Positions 9,692 to 19,008 of a stretch of DNA of 64,000 nt are shown piece after piece. Below the pieces are notes generated by a model, which did not search any database, was not told where the DNA came from, and was given only the letters and a program-made list of their open reading frames with translations. Position 1 is the first letter of the stretch; each line of letters starts with the position of its first letter. The position numbers were made by a program, and so were the translations under genes. Source of the DNA: Phycisphaerae bacterium (GTDB taxonomy: Bacteria; Planctomycetota; Phycisphaerae; UBA1845); assembly GCA_963666835.2 (NCBI GenBank), contig CAXXGO010000006.1, forward strand, positions 192,001 to 256,000. The letters run 5' to 3'.

Positions 9692-10648
9692 TCAGTTAGC
9701 GTCGGTAGGGCGGGGATGCCCGGCGGCGCGCAGCGCGTCTTGTACGAAGGCCTCTTCGGTGGTCAGCGTCCCCAGATCCGGATTCGCACGAAACTCGGTT
9801 CGAGCGCGCGACGCCACCACGGCCGCCGCCGGGTCTTTCGAAGGCTCACCCACCCGCGGCACGGTCGCCCCGATATTGACCACCACCGGGGCTGTGCGGA
9901 GCCACTCGTCGAACAGCGCCTGATCGCGCCTCGCCAGGCTCTGAGCCCACGCCCGTTGGGCGTCCACGAGCTTACCCGCTTCGGCCGCTTCACGAATGCG
10001 CTGCGCCACCCGCTGGTCGTCACGCTCACGCTGCAGCTCTTCAAGACGTTCGCCGGCCGCGGCGAGCACCGTCTCGACGTCCGCACCACCTTCGAGCCCC
10101 AGCTCGGACCGCAAGGCAGATACGACCGCGTCGCTCACCCCATCAGCCGGCGTCTTGCTCCGATTCACCAGCGCCGGCATGTCTACGATTGCCGGTTTAT
10201 TCGTTAGCGCCGCGGAGTGAATGGCCACGAGCTTCCGGTCCGTCTTGCGGATAATCGCCACCGGCGACAGATAGCGGTATTCGCCGGCGGCCAGCATCTC
10301 CGCCCCGCGCGTAGTCCAGGCAATGTCGGCGAACAGACCGACTTTCGGCACCGCCACCAGCTTCTTGATCCACCCGGCCGCCGGAGCCTTTCCGTTGGGC
10401 GACGAATAACGTCCGCCCAGCGTCTGATGCTCGTAGTCGATCGGCAGATCGGTCCCGTGCTCCTCGAACGCCCGCGCCGCCAGCCGGGCCGACTCATCGT
10501 CCACCACGAAGCTGCCGTTGGCGCTCTCCACCTTCCCCCATGGGGCCAGCAGCACCCGCGTCGGAACGTCGTCTCCCGCCAAAGATGCGGATTTCAGCGC
10601 CCGCATCTCCCGCGCGTCGTCAAATCCCGTTGCCTTGCTTGTCGACAT
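9692..10648 (-). CDS. Mu-like prohead protease/scaffold (gpI family)
   Basis: LPIDYEH, APAAGWI, WT..G, YRYLSP and ALTNKP motifs, followed by a helical scaffold-like C-terminus. GAGAGG RBS. Confidence 0.9.
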   Translation of the reverse strand: MSTSKATGFDDAREMRALKSASLAGDDVPTRVLLAPWGKVESANGSFVVDDESARLAARAFEEHGTDLPIDYEHQTLGGRYSSPNGKAPAAGWIKKLVAVPKVGLFADIAWTTRGAEMLAAGEYRYLSPVAIIRKTDRKLVAIHSAALTNKPAIVDMPALVNRSKTPADGVSDAVVSALRSELGLEGGADVETVLAAAGERLEELQRERDDQRVAQRIREAAEAGKLVDAQRAWAQSLARRDQALFDEWLRTAPVVVNIGATVPRVGEPSKDPAAAVVASRARTEFRANPDLGTLTTEEAFVQDALRAAGHPRPTDAN

Positions 10649-10695
10649 GATTACCTCTCTTGGCCATTGGTCTGAAAAACCCCTTTGTCCACATA

Positions 10696-12006
10696 TCAAC
10701 CGGCGCGCTCACTAATCCGCTCAGAGCTGGTCGATCGCCCCGGCACGATCGCGGCGGTTGACCCGGATTGGGGTACGCCCAAGACGTCATGGAGCCACGC
10801 TTGTGGCACTTTCATCCCCAGACGATTCACGGCCGTGTCCAATACTTCGGTGAGTTGCTTGAGATCACGCGGTTGCTTGAGGTTCCGACGGAAATAAGGC
10901 ACGGGCGCGCAGTCCCCGAAGCGCAGCCGAACCAAGGGACCAAGCAAATCACGGCGAATCGTCCGACCCTCTTTGCGGATGTCGCTGGCGAGAATGTCCT
11001 GCCGCACGGTCTCGTGGACTCCGCTGGCCGCCACCGAGCCGCTCTGCCCCGAGATGTCGGTGGTCAGAGTCTGCCCGAGCCAGGTCTTGCTTATCTCCCG
11101 GTTCAGAAACTCGATCAACCGGCGATAGGGTGCTGCCGCCGCTCCGCGGTTCGATTCAAGCACCTGTAACTCGATCGCCTGACTGAACACCCCGGCCGCG
11201 TTGCCCCCCAACGACTCCAACATCTCCAAGAGCTCGCGTTTCTCCTCGGCAGTAGCCGCCGGATCGTGTCGGGCAATGCGAATCGGCATTCCGAACACCT
11301 CGGAGAAGACCAACCAGTCTTTCAACGCCAGGTTCTTCGCCAGGTACACCATGCTCGTTACCCGCAACAAACCACCACGCTGCGGATGACCCGATACGCT
11401 GTGCGGCGTGTGAATAATGAACTTGTTGGGGGGCGGATTGATCCCCTCGTCCTCGTTTTGGGCGGTGAGGATCCGCGGTCGGTCGAACGAATCGAGAGTG
11501 ATCCGGGTGAACTCCACCGGTACGATCTGCGCCAGACTCAACGCCCCGTCGGCGATCTCCCAGACCAACTCCGCTATCGCGATGTTCCGGCCCAACGCCA
11601 GCGCCAAGTGCTGCAAGACTTCGTCAAAAGTCTCCAATCGGCCAAGCACCTCCCGGCAATAAGCGGCCGCTTCGTCCGCCAGGCCTCGTTCCACCCGGTC
11701 GTCCACCTCGGCCGCACTGACCACCCGCCAATCCAACCCGGTGAGCGCCAGCCGCCGCGTATTGGCGACCGCATACAGATGGGCGTCTTTCTCCTCCATC
11801 TCTTCGAACAACTGCATCGCCGCGCAAAGATCACCGTCGTCCGCCGCACGTAACACGGCCGTGAGCCGCGACGGCGTCAAACCCGCGCTGGGATAATCTC
11901 GAACCGCATCCCGACGATCCGGCATGACTACCCGCCCCGGCCTCGGACGCTTCATCCCCACCGCGCGCCGCGCACTACCCAGCCATCGCCTCCAGTTCAT
12001 TGGCAT
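10696..12006 (-). CDS. Mu-like portal protein (gp29 / DUF935 family)
   Basis: GLTPSRL, LFEEMEEKDAHL, W..FSEVFGMP, EISKTWLGQTLTT, VHETVRQD. Confidence 0.9.
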   Translation of the reverse strand: MPMNWRRWLGSARRAVGMKRPRPGRVVMPDRRDAVRDYPSAGLTPSRLTAVLRAADDGDLCAAMQLFEEMEEKDAHLYAVANTRRLALTGLDWRVVSAAEVDDRVERGLADEAAAYCREVLGRLETFDEVLQHLALALGRNIAIAELVWEIADGALSLAQIVPVEFTRITLDSFDRPRILTAQNEDEGINPPPNKFIIHTPHSVSGHPQRGGLLRVTSMVYLAKNLALKDWLVFSEVFGMPIRIARHDPAATAEEKRELLEMLESLGGNAAGVFSQAIELQVLESNRGAAAAPYRRLIEFLNREISKTWLGQTLTTDISGQSGSVAASGVHETVRQDILASDIRKEGRTIRRDLLGPLVRLRFGDCAPVPYFRRNLKQPRDLKQLTEVLDTAVNRLGMKVPQAWLHDVLGVPQSGSTAAIVPGRSTSSERISERAG

Positions 12007-12198
12007 ACCCTCCCCGTGTTCATAGCCGCACTTATCCCCTTTGAGAATCAGGCCCGTTGGGGGCACTCCCCCCAACAGCAAAGACCGTCCAGCCACTTCC
12101 CCGCACCAACAACGGCCGCCCAACGCCCTTCCCCTCGCAACACTAAACGTCGCTCAGCGCACCGGTCCTAACCTCTGCAGGCTGCCATGCGGCAACGC

Positions 12199-12310
12199 GT
12201 CCCGAAGGGACATAAGGCATGTAGCCACGGGTGGAGCGAAGCGGAACCTGTGGGGGCGATCGCACACGTGTTCCCGTCCCGAAGGGCCGGCGGACGGTTG
12301 CCGGAATTGC
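12199..12310. repeat. REP family 2 element between terminase and portal genes
   Basis: GTCCCGAAGGGAC...GTAGCCACGGGTGGAGCGAAGCGGAACCTGTGG (12221)...CCCGAAGGGCCGGCGGACG, matching 3961-4060 and 25115-25215. Confidence 0.85.
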
Positions 12311-12361
12311 GCGACGGCCTGAATGGACCCAAACTACGGACGGCAATTGACCTTGGGGGTT

Positions 12362-13717
12362 TCACCACGCGCCCTTTCGCGCAAACTGCAACGGGCCGAC
12401 GTTCATGACCTCGGCCTTGCCCGTGCTGCTGCGGGCGGCGTAGACCGCCAGAGCCGCCGCCCAGAACCGATCGGCATGGCTACCCTCCACGCGCGGTGCG
12501 GAAAGCCGTAAGTGCCCCGCACTTGTCACGGCACGTTGTACGGCGTGCCAGTCATTGCGAATGCGCTCATCATCCGGAATCCGGATCTGCCTTGCCTCGA
12601 CCGCAATCCGCAACCCGCCCGCGATCTGTGATTTGAGCGCCGGCGTGAATGTGACCGGTTCGACCCGATGCCCCCCGAACCGCTCGACGAGTTGCTCGGA
12701 CAGTTGCATGCCGAGTCCGCCCGCATCGATCGCGCAGCGGCGCACGGTCGGCAGCGCCATCAGAGTACTGAGCACCTCGAACTGCCGCGTGAACGAGGTG
12801 TTGGCCAGCTCGACGACCGCCACCGTTCGCCACACCGACCCTTCACTAGCCAGGACCCACGCCGCCGTCAGATCGCGCACCCGCCCGACGTCTACCCCCA
12901 CGAACAGCTCACGCGTTTCGCACGCCAGAGGCTCCACTTCGCAATGGCACACCAACGCGTCGTCCACGCAATCGGTTATCTGCTCATAGGTGAGAAACGC
13001 GGTCGACTCATCGATGAACTCGCAAAGAAACTCCTGCCGAAAGAGGGTCTCGTCGCCCATAGCCCGCCGCATCTGCTCCACGTCCACATCTAACCCATAG
13101 GCCACCGCGTCCGGCAGCGTCAACAAGCTGGTGGTGAACCGCGGATTGTCACGCACCTGGCAGAACATGTTGCCGCAGCCCTTGGGCGTGGACGCCACGT
13201 CCAGCTCGCCGTCACCGCGAAGAAGCGTCGGGAACATCGCCGCCCAGATCTCGCGATCGAAGTCGTGCATCGCGAATTCGTCGAGCAGAACATCACCGGT
13301 GAAACCCCGTGCCGTCTGCGGGTTGGCCGGGAGCCCGATGACCCGGACCCCGCCCGGCAGGACGATCTCGAGCTGCTTGACGCTGAGCCCTTTGAAAAAG
13401 CGATCGTCGTAATAGTCCGTCGCAATCTGCAGAGCCCGGCAATGCTGGCGAGCCTTGGCCATCAGCTCCCGACTCTGCCGCTCACCGGCCGAGAGGAACA
13501 CCTGCGTTCGCCGCCGAGATAGTCCGCGGAGGATCCGGCGTAGTGATTTGGTGAAGCTCTTACCCGTCTGCCGCGCCCAGCAGTTCCAACGAAACCGGGC
13601 GTCACTTTCCACGTCTTCACGCTGGTACGGCAGCAGTGGGACAATCGCCCGGGTTTGCGCCGGTTGCCGAACCCGCGCGTTTCCGAGATGACGTTGCGCT
13701 GATAGTAACGTGCCCAT
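12362..13717 (-). CDS. Terminase large subunit (Mu gp28-like)
   Basis: LLPYQ, Walker A ARQTGKS, Walker B VLLDEFA, STPKG, FRQEFLCEF, nuclease motifs GVDVGR..D and HADRFWA. Start codon uncertain. Confidence 0.9.
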   Translation of the reverse strand: MGTLLSAQRHLGNARVRQPAQTRAIVPLLPYQREDVESDARFRWNCWARQTGKSFTKSLRRILRGLSRRRTQVFLSAGERQSRELMAKARQHCRALQIATDYYDDRFFKGLSVKQLEIVLPGGVRVIGLPANPQTARGFTGDVLLDEFAMHDFDREIWAAMFPTLLRGDGELDVASTPKGCGNMFCQVRDNPRFTTSLLTLPDAVAYGLDVDVEQMRRAMGDETLFRQEFLCEFIDESTAFLTYEQITDCVDDALVCHCEVEPLACETRELFVGVDVGRVRDLTAAWVLASEGSVWRTVAVVELANTSFTRQFEVLSTLMALPTVRRCAIDAGGLGMQLSEQLVERFGGHRVEPVTFTPALKSQIAGGLRIAVEARQIRIPDDERIRNDWHAVQRAVTSAGHLRLSAPRVEGSHADRFWAAALAVYAARSSTGKAEVMNVGPLQFARKGAW

Positions 13718-13840
13718 GCGAGTGCATTACCGGTGTCGGACATTGCAGCCGGCCCTCGCGTCGGCATTCTCTCTGCCCGCATAGAACATGCCCCAACAAC
13801 GCATCACCTGAACGCCGGATTAACCTCGCCCCACCGATCG

Positions 13841-14042
13841 CCCGGGTGCCCCATCCGTCGCCCCAGGCGAAGGGTGGGGGATGGACCCGCAGCTTGATGT
13901 CTCACGTGACTGCCAAGCAAACTCCGTCAGGCAGGGTGGCCCATGTTCTTTTGAATCTAGCGCGGGTGCCCCGTCCTTCGTCTCCGGCGAAGGGTGGGGG
14001 ACGGACCCGCAGCTCGATGTCTCGAACGACGGTCAAGCAAGC
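13841..14042. repeat. Tandem copies of repeat family 3 (GCGGGTGCCCCATCCGTCGCCCCAGGCGAAGGGTGGGG...)
   Basis: Near-identical units at 13841, 13960, 14478 and 15209; partial at 14698. Confidence 0.8.
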
Positions 14043-14153
14043 CTCCCACCACCGGATGTCCCGCAATAGTTGAAAGCAAGGTGCGACACGTTGTATAATG
14101 TCCGCATCAAACAGGTCATTGCAGTGGGTCAGAATGGAAAGGAGTATAGGTCA

Positions 14154-14480
14154 ATGAGTGATTCTCTTCCCCCTATGAGCGCCCCGTCAATACCGCAGCC
14201 CCCTCAGCCAACCCAACCCGATGGTAAAGCCGTCGCGGCTCTCGTGCTCGGCTTGTGCAGTATGTTCCTGTGGCTGTGTCCTTTGATTGGGGTGATCGTA
14301 GCAATCAACGGTTTCGTTCTTGGTATCATTTCCCGCGAACGCCAGCGCAGCAAGATGGCCATGGCCGGGATCATCCTCAGCCTGATTGGCGGCATAGCAA
14401 GCGTACTCAATATGATCATAGGCGCGTATCTCGGCGCTACGGGTCAGCATCCTGTGATAAACGCGATGCAGCAGGGGTAG
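14154..14480 (+). CDS. DUF4190-like membrane protein
   Basis: Pro/Gln-rich N-terminus, GKAVAALVLGLCS, LGIIS, MAMAGIILSLIG. GAAAGGAG RBS. Confidence 0.85.
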   Translation: MSDSLPPMSAPSIPQPPQPTQPDGKAVAALVLGLCSMFLWLCPLIGVIVAINGFVLGIISRERQRSKMAMAGIILSLIGGIASVLNMIIGAYLGATGQHPVINAMQQG

Positions 14481-15365
14481 CGCGGGTGCCCCATCCGTCG
14501 CCCCAGGCGAAGGGTGGGGGACGGACCCGCAGCTTGATGTCTCACGTGACTGCCAAGCAAGCCCCGTCAGGCAGGGTGACCCATGTTCTTTTGAATCTAG
14601 CGAATGCCTAGTCCGTGGCACACGCGGGCGATGTGAGGTTGTTTGAACATGGGGTAGCCGATGATAATACCCGTTCGTAGTTGATGGCGAGTTGCAGCGC
14701 GGGTGCCTTATCCGTCGCCCCAGGCGATGAGTCTCGCTGCTCTACACATCATCCACCGCATTCACTGATTGCAGCCGTTCGGTCTTCGATCTCGATTCTC
14801 CAGCCCGAAGGGCTTGGATGAAGTAGACGGGGGCAAGTCCGCCATCGGCGGACGCCGCCCCCGGACCCGCTCCCCCCCCGTACCTGACCCCGCAGGGGGT
14901 CAAACAGCGCGGTGAATGTGCTTCGCCATTGACTTTTGACGCATTGTCAAAGAGCTCGGGCAGCCGAAACGAACTCGCGGTTCATCGACGCCGTTTCTTT
15001 CACCCTGTCAGGGTGATTGGGGTCCTTGTGACTCCACCGAGGGCGGCGGCCGCTACGCGGCCTTGCCCCCGTCTACTATCTTGTAGGCTTTCAGCCTGAA
15101 AAAGGGGCTAGCTTGCAGCTTGTCAGGCTGGGGAATGCGTCACCGCGGAGTTAGACGGATACGCTCCGCTCCCCCGGCAAAGATGTGTAGAACAACGAGG
15201 GCGAAGGGGCGCGGGTGCCCCGTCCTTCGCCCCAGGCGAAGGGTGGCGGACGGACCCGCAGCTCGATGTCTCGAACAACTGCCAAGCAAGCCCCGTCAGG
15301 CAGGGTGACCCATGTTCTTCTGAATCTAGCGAATGCCTAGTCCGTGGCACACGCGTGCGATGTCA
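14478..15365. repeat. Mosaic of repeat family 3 and an inverted REP doublet (family 4)
   Basis: Family 3 at 14478-14633 and 15209-15365; inverted pair GTAGACGGGGGCAAG / CTTGCCCCCGTCTAC within 14805-15100. 14975-15205 recurs inverted at 24725-24955. Confidence 0.75.
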
Positions 15366-15755
15366 TGTAAACGGATACGTGGTGGACCCGACGAACGCGG
15401 CCGCAGTGATGGAGAAGGTGACGGGTAACTCGGCCGTCGGCGTAGTCCTTGGCGGAACCGGCCCATAGGGTGACTCATCGAGGCACAAGATCTTCCCAAA
15501 CAGGTGGCATCGTTAGCGTCAATTGCCACGGCGAGGAACCCGGTCAAACCCAGTGATTCCGTGTCCGCCCAGCCGTTTTTGCTGGTTTCCCTGTCTCGGT
15601 TGCGTTACAATGGGGGACATCGCATGTGGGAGGTTGGGACTGCGCGCCCCGGCGGGTCCGACGGCAGAATCGCCCGTAAGCACCATCGGTCTCGGGACAG
15701 CCGAAGAGTCGGTTTCTTGGGTGACGCGTCGCGAATCGACTGCAGGAGGGTATGG

Positions 15756-16841
15756 ATGATGAGCAAAGCGACGAGGTTCGCCGCGATCGCGGCCGCGGCG
15801 TTGGTATGCGTTTCGGCATCTCAGGCGGTGGAGATTCAGACGGTAAGCGTCAGCAACCCCGGGAATCCGGCCGACCCGAGGTACCCGGACCCGCCGGTGG
15901 CCAGTTTCGGCGGGGTGGACAATGTCTACAACATCGGCACGTTCGAGGTGACCGCCGGGCAGTACCGGGATTTCCTGAATGCGGTCGACCCCGCGGGCTC
16001 TAATCCATACGGCATCTACAACAGCGCCATGGACATCATTGAATGCGGTTGCCAGATCACGTGGAGCGGTTCGACCTACGACTTCAGTGGACGTCCGAGC
16101 GGGACGGAAGCTGACTGGGTCGACCGCCCGGTGAACTACGTCTCCTGGGGCGACGCGGCGCGGTTTGCCAACTGGCTGCACAATGGCCAGCCGACGGGCC
16201 AGTTGACCGGGGATCCGGCCCAGGATGCGGGCCTGACTGAGGACGGCTCGTACTACCTGAACGGTGCGACGAGCGACGCCGAGCTGATGGCCGTGGTGCG
16301 CGAGGAGGACGCCACGTGGGTGATCCCGTCGGAGGACGAGTGGTACAAGGCAGCGTACTACGACGACGGCGGTAGCGTGTACTACGACTACCCCATGAGC
16401 ACGGACGCAGTTCCGAACAATGGAAATCCGGAAGGCGACACGGGCAACTCGGCCAACTTCGATGATGGTGACGACACGATAGGCAGCCCATACTGGCGTA
16501 CGGAGGTGGGCTTCTTTAGCCTGTCTGCGAGCCCGTACGACACGTTCGACCAAGCCGGGAACGTCTGGGAGTGGAATGAAACGGCGATCGGAGATACGCG
16601 CCGCGGTCTGCGTGGCGGGTCGTTCAGCAGCTACCTCGGCGTCAGCGCCCTGCACGCGGACTACCGGAGCTATAACGGCCTCCCGTCGCGCGAGGGCGAC
16701 TACCTCGGGTTTCGTGTTGCCGAAGTCTTTGAGCAAGCTTCCGTGCCGGCTGTTTCCGAATGGGGGATGGTAACGATGGCCTTACTCGTGCTGACGGCAG
16801 GGACGCTGGTGTGGGCGAGACGCGTTCCGGCGATGTTGTAG
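15756..16841 (+). CDS. Secreted FGE-sulfatase (SUMF1)-domain protein with IPTL-CTERM-like sorting tail
   Basis: Signal peptide; FEVT..QY..FLN, PVNYVSW, PSEDEWYKAAY, FDQAGNVWEW, RGGS, GFRV; C-terminal VPAVSEWGMVTMALLVLTAGTLVWARR. Confidence 0.9.
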   Translation: MMSKATRFAAIAAAALVCVSASQAVEIQTVSVSNPGNPADPRYPDPPVASFGGVDNVYNIGTFEVTAGQYRDFLNAVDPAGSNPYGIYNSAMDIIECGCQITWSGSTYDFSGRPSGTEADWVDRPVNYVSWGDAARFANWLHNGQPTGQLTGDPAQDAGLTEDGSYYLNGATSDAELMAVVREEDATWVIPSEDEWYKAAYYDDGGSVYYDYPMSTDAVPNNGNPEGDTGNSANFDDGDDTIGSPYWRTEVGFFSLSASPYDTFDQAGNVWEWNETAIGDTRRGLRGGSFSSYLGVSALHADYRSYNGLPSREGDYLGFRVAEVFEQASVPAVSEWGMVTMALLVLTAGTLVWARRVPAML

Positions 16842-17030
16842 CCCGACAACGGAAGGTGACGGGCGGCGTAGACCATCATGGGTGGCATGGTCCACGCTCG
16901 CGTGGCCATGACGCGCAGAGCCCAGCGTCATTGCCCCTGGACTTATCAAACCGCCGCCGCGCAGGCTTTCTCAACGCCCCCACTATCTTGACAATTGTCC
17001 ACCCGCGCGGTGCGGCAACCGTCACGATCG

Positions 17031-17474
17031 TCAAGACAGCTCACTTGCTTCGACGGCCGGCCGCTCGCCTTCGTCCGCCGGCTCGCCTCCGCGCCCCAGC
17101 GACCAATACACCCACAGCAGAGCAAGCACGGGGACGCCGAGCTTCAGAATGAAGGGCAATAGCGCACCGACGTGATCCCACCAGGTTCGATCGTCTTTCG
17201 AGGTTACAAAGACGATCACCTTCACCGCCACGGGGACCACGAGGAACAGGATAATCGGCAGGTAGAGCCAGAACTTGAACGTCAGCGTCGCCTCGACGCA
17301 CGCTACCGCGCGCTTGCGGGCGTAGAGGTTGACCCCCATGGTGACCACGGCCGCAACCACGCCGATCGGCCCGTGAAACGCCTCCTCAACAACCTCGTAA
17401 ACGTACAGCCCGATCAGCCAAGCCACGACGAACATGACGAGCCCGCGCACCCGGTCAGTCTTGCCCTGTGCCAT
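17031..17474 (-). CDS. Hypothetical integral membrane protein (about 4 TM)
   Basis: Four hydrophobic segments; GGAG upstream of the start. Confidence 0.75.
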   Translation of the reverse strand: MAQGKTDRVRGLVMFVVAWLIGLYVYEVVEEAFHGPIGVVAAVVTMGVNLYARKRAVACVEATLTFKFWLYLPIILFLVVPVAVKVIVFVTSKDDRTWWDHVGALLPFILKLGVPVLALLWVYWSLGRGGEPADEGERPAVEASELS

Positions 17475-17498
17475 TCCACGTCTCCGCGTTTACTCGGT

Positions 17499-17660
17499 TG
17501 ACCCGGCCTATTCACCCAAACGAAGTACAGGCCGTGCGTCGATGTAACGCCGGGGCCTGTCCACGGTGTGGAGGCCTGCGGTGTCTCCATGACGCCACCC
17601 ACAAGTAGCGTCATAGTGCTCTGCGCGCATTCATGCACCCGCCATGAACGGCACGGGGCG
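17499..17660. mobile_element. Degenerate copy of the 165-bp MITE-like element at 57706-57870
   Basis: Colinear similarity, including GACGCCACCCACAAGT and a GTAACGCCGGGGCCTGTCC hairpin. Confidence 0.6.
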
Positions 17661-17765
17661 ACCGGCGGTACGTCCGCGACCCTCACAACCGATTGATCGT
17701 CAATCCGTTCCGCCGATCGCCTGCCATTCTCGGCCGGGTACGTCGCCCAATAGTCGCCCATTCGC

Positions 17766-17977
17766 TGTCCGAACCACTGACCGGACACGACTTCGGACAC
17801 GCGTATCGCCCATATCGGACACGTGTCCGCGATGAAGGTGTCCGTTTTGTCCGCCGAATCGCTGTCCGGACACCTCGAGCGCCCCGAAGGGCTCGCGCGG
17901 AGCGTGTCGCCTCATCACACCGTAACTCGCGAGTTTACATGGGTTTACGGCAAACGGACACCGTGTCCGCCTTGTCC
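17766..17977. repeat. Second TGTCC/GGACA motif array
   Basis: About 12 occurrences in 210 bp, including CGGACACGTGTCCG (17816) and TGTCCGGACA (17863). Confidence 0.75.
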
Positions 17978-18121
17978 GCCGGAGAGAATCGGGCGCGATA
18001 TCGCGCACGGTATGTAGCGGGGATCGGTGGGCAACGAGGCGGGACATGTGCTCCCGTCGCGCCAAGCGTAACGCACGCAGTAGGTCGGGTTCTTCCCGAT
18101 TACCACCTAATTGGAGTGGCT

Positions 18122-18289
18122 CTACGGATTGATCGTCGCGTTGATGACCGTCGTCGCGAGAGTGTTGGCGAACGAGGCCAGGCTGCTTCGCAGAGCGCTC
18201 GTCACCCAACCGCTGTCACAGCCGGCCGACATCACTGCGGCAAGGACTACCAAGAGCTTGACTGTCGACGAGATTCTTCGCTTGTTCAT
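18122..18289 (-). CDS. Small (55 aa) lipoprotein
   Basis: Manual translation MNKRRISSTVKLLVVLAAVMSAGCDSGWVTSALRSSLASFANTLATTVINATINP; GGGAG RBS; lipobox SAGC. Below the ORF-track cutoff. Confidence 0.75.
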   Translation of the reverse strand: MNKRRISSTVKLLVVLAAVMSAGCDSGWVTSALRSSLASFANTLATTVINATINP

Positions 18290-18368
18290 GTTATACTCCC
18301 TGTGTCCGTCTGGTTCAGGTTATCGGGTTATCGTAAACGCCGCTTGAGAGCCCTTTGCGCGGAGATTG

Positions 18369-19001
18369 ATGCCCTTGCCGCTGCCCACTGAGACTGCCGT
18401 AGGGGGAATCGTGTTGTGCGGCGGCTGGAGCCGGCGCATGGGCAAGCCCAAGGTCTGGCTGCCGTGCGAAGGCGAATACCTTCTTCAGCGGATGGTTCGG
18501 ATCATTGGGGGCGTTCTCTCACCGGTCGTGGCCGCATGCCACCGCGACCAGTCCCTTCCGCCGCTCCCACCCAACGTGGAACTCGCGTTCGACGAGTACG
18601 AAGATTCCGGCCCTCTTGCGGGCATTTCATCCGGTCTCGATGCAATTGCGCGCTATTGCGATGCGGCATTCGTGTGTGCGTGTGATCACCCGCTGCTCAA
18701 GCCGGGTTTCATTCGGCGGATGGGAGAGCTTCTCGGTGATGCCCCCGGGGCGGTTCCGATGTACGAGGACCGGCTCCACCCGCTTACGGCCATCTACCGC
18801 ACGTCTACCCGGCCGTTGTTGTCGCAGATGCTCCAGGATGGCGAACTGCGAGCCCGGGACTTCGCCAGCAGATGCGGCGCGCGGATCGTTACGCCGGTTG
18901 ATTTGGGTGACGTCGACCCTGAGCTGGAGTCGCTGCGCAACGTCAACGACGCCGAGACGTTTGCTAAGGTCATCCAAGCAGACGGATCACATCTCGCGTA
19001 G
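18369..19001 (+). CDS. mobA: Molybdenum cofactor guanylyltransferase
   Basis: IVLCGGWSRRMG.PK, GPLAGI, ACDHP, HPL.AIY, NVN motifs. Confidence 0.9.
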   Translation: MPLPLPTETAVGGIVLCGGWSRRMGKPKVWLPCEGEYLLQRMVRIIGGVLSPVVAACHRDQSLPPLPPNVELAFDEYEDSGPLAGISSGLDAIARYCDAAFVCACDHPLLKPGFIRRMGELLGDAPGAVPMYEDRLHPLTAIYRTSTRPLLSQMLQDGELRARDFASRCGARIVTPVDLGDVDPELESLRNVNDAETFAKVIQADGSHLA

Positions 19002-19008
19002 GCGAAGC

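Noticed and set aside
7865..13717. Complete Mu-like prophage
   Set aside because: No transposase, repressor, tail or lysis genes and no recognisable ends in the window; the flanks are host genes and repeats.
13841..15365. Integron cassette array or CRISPR
   Set aside because: No GTTRRRY/RYYYAAC attC ends recognised, no integrase; units are long REP-like hairpins with irregular spacing.
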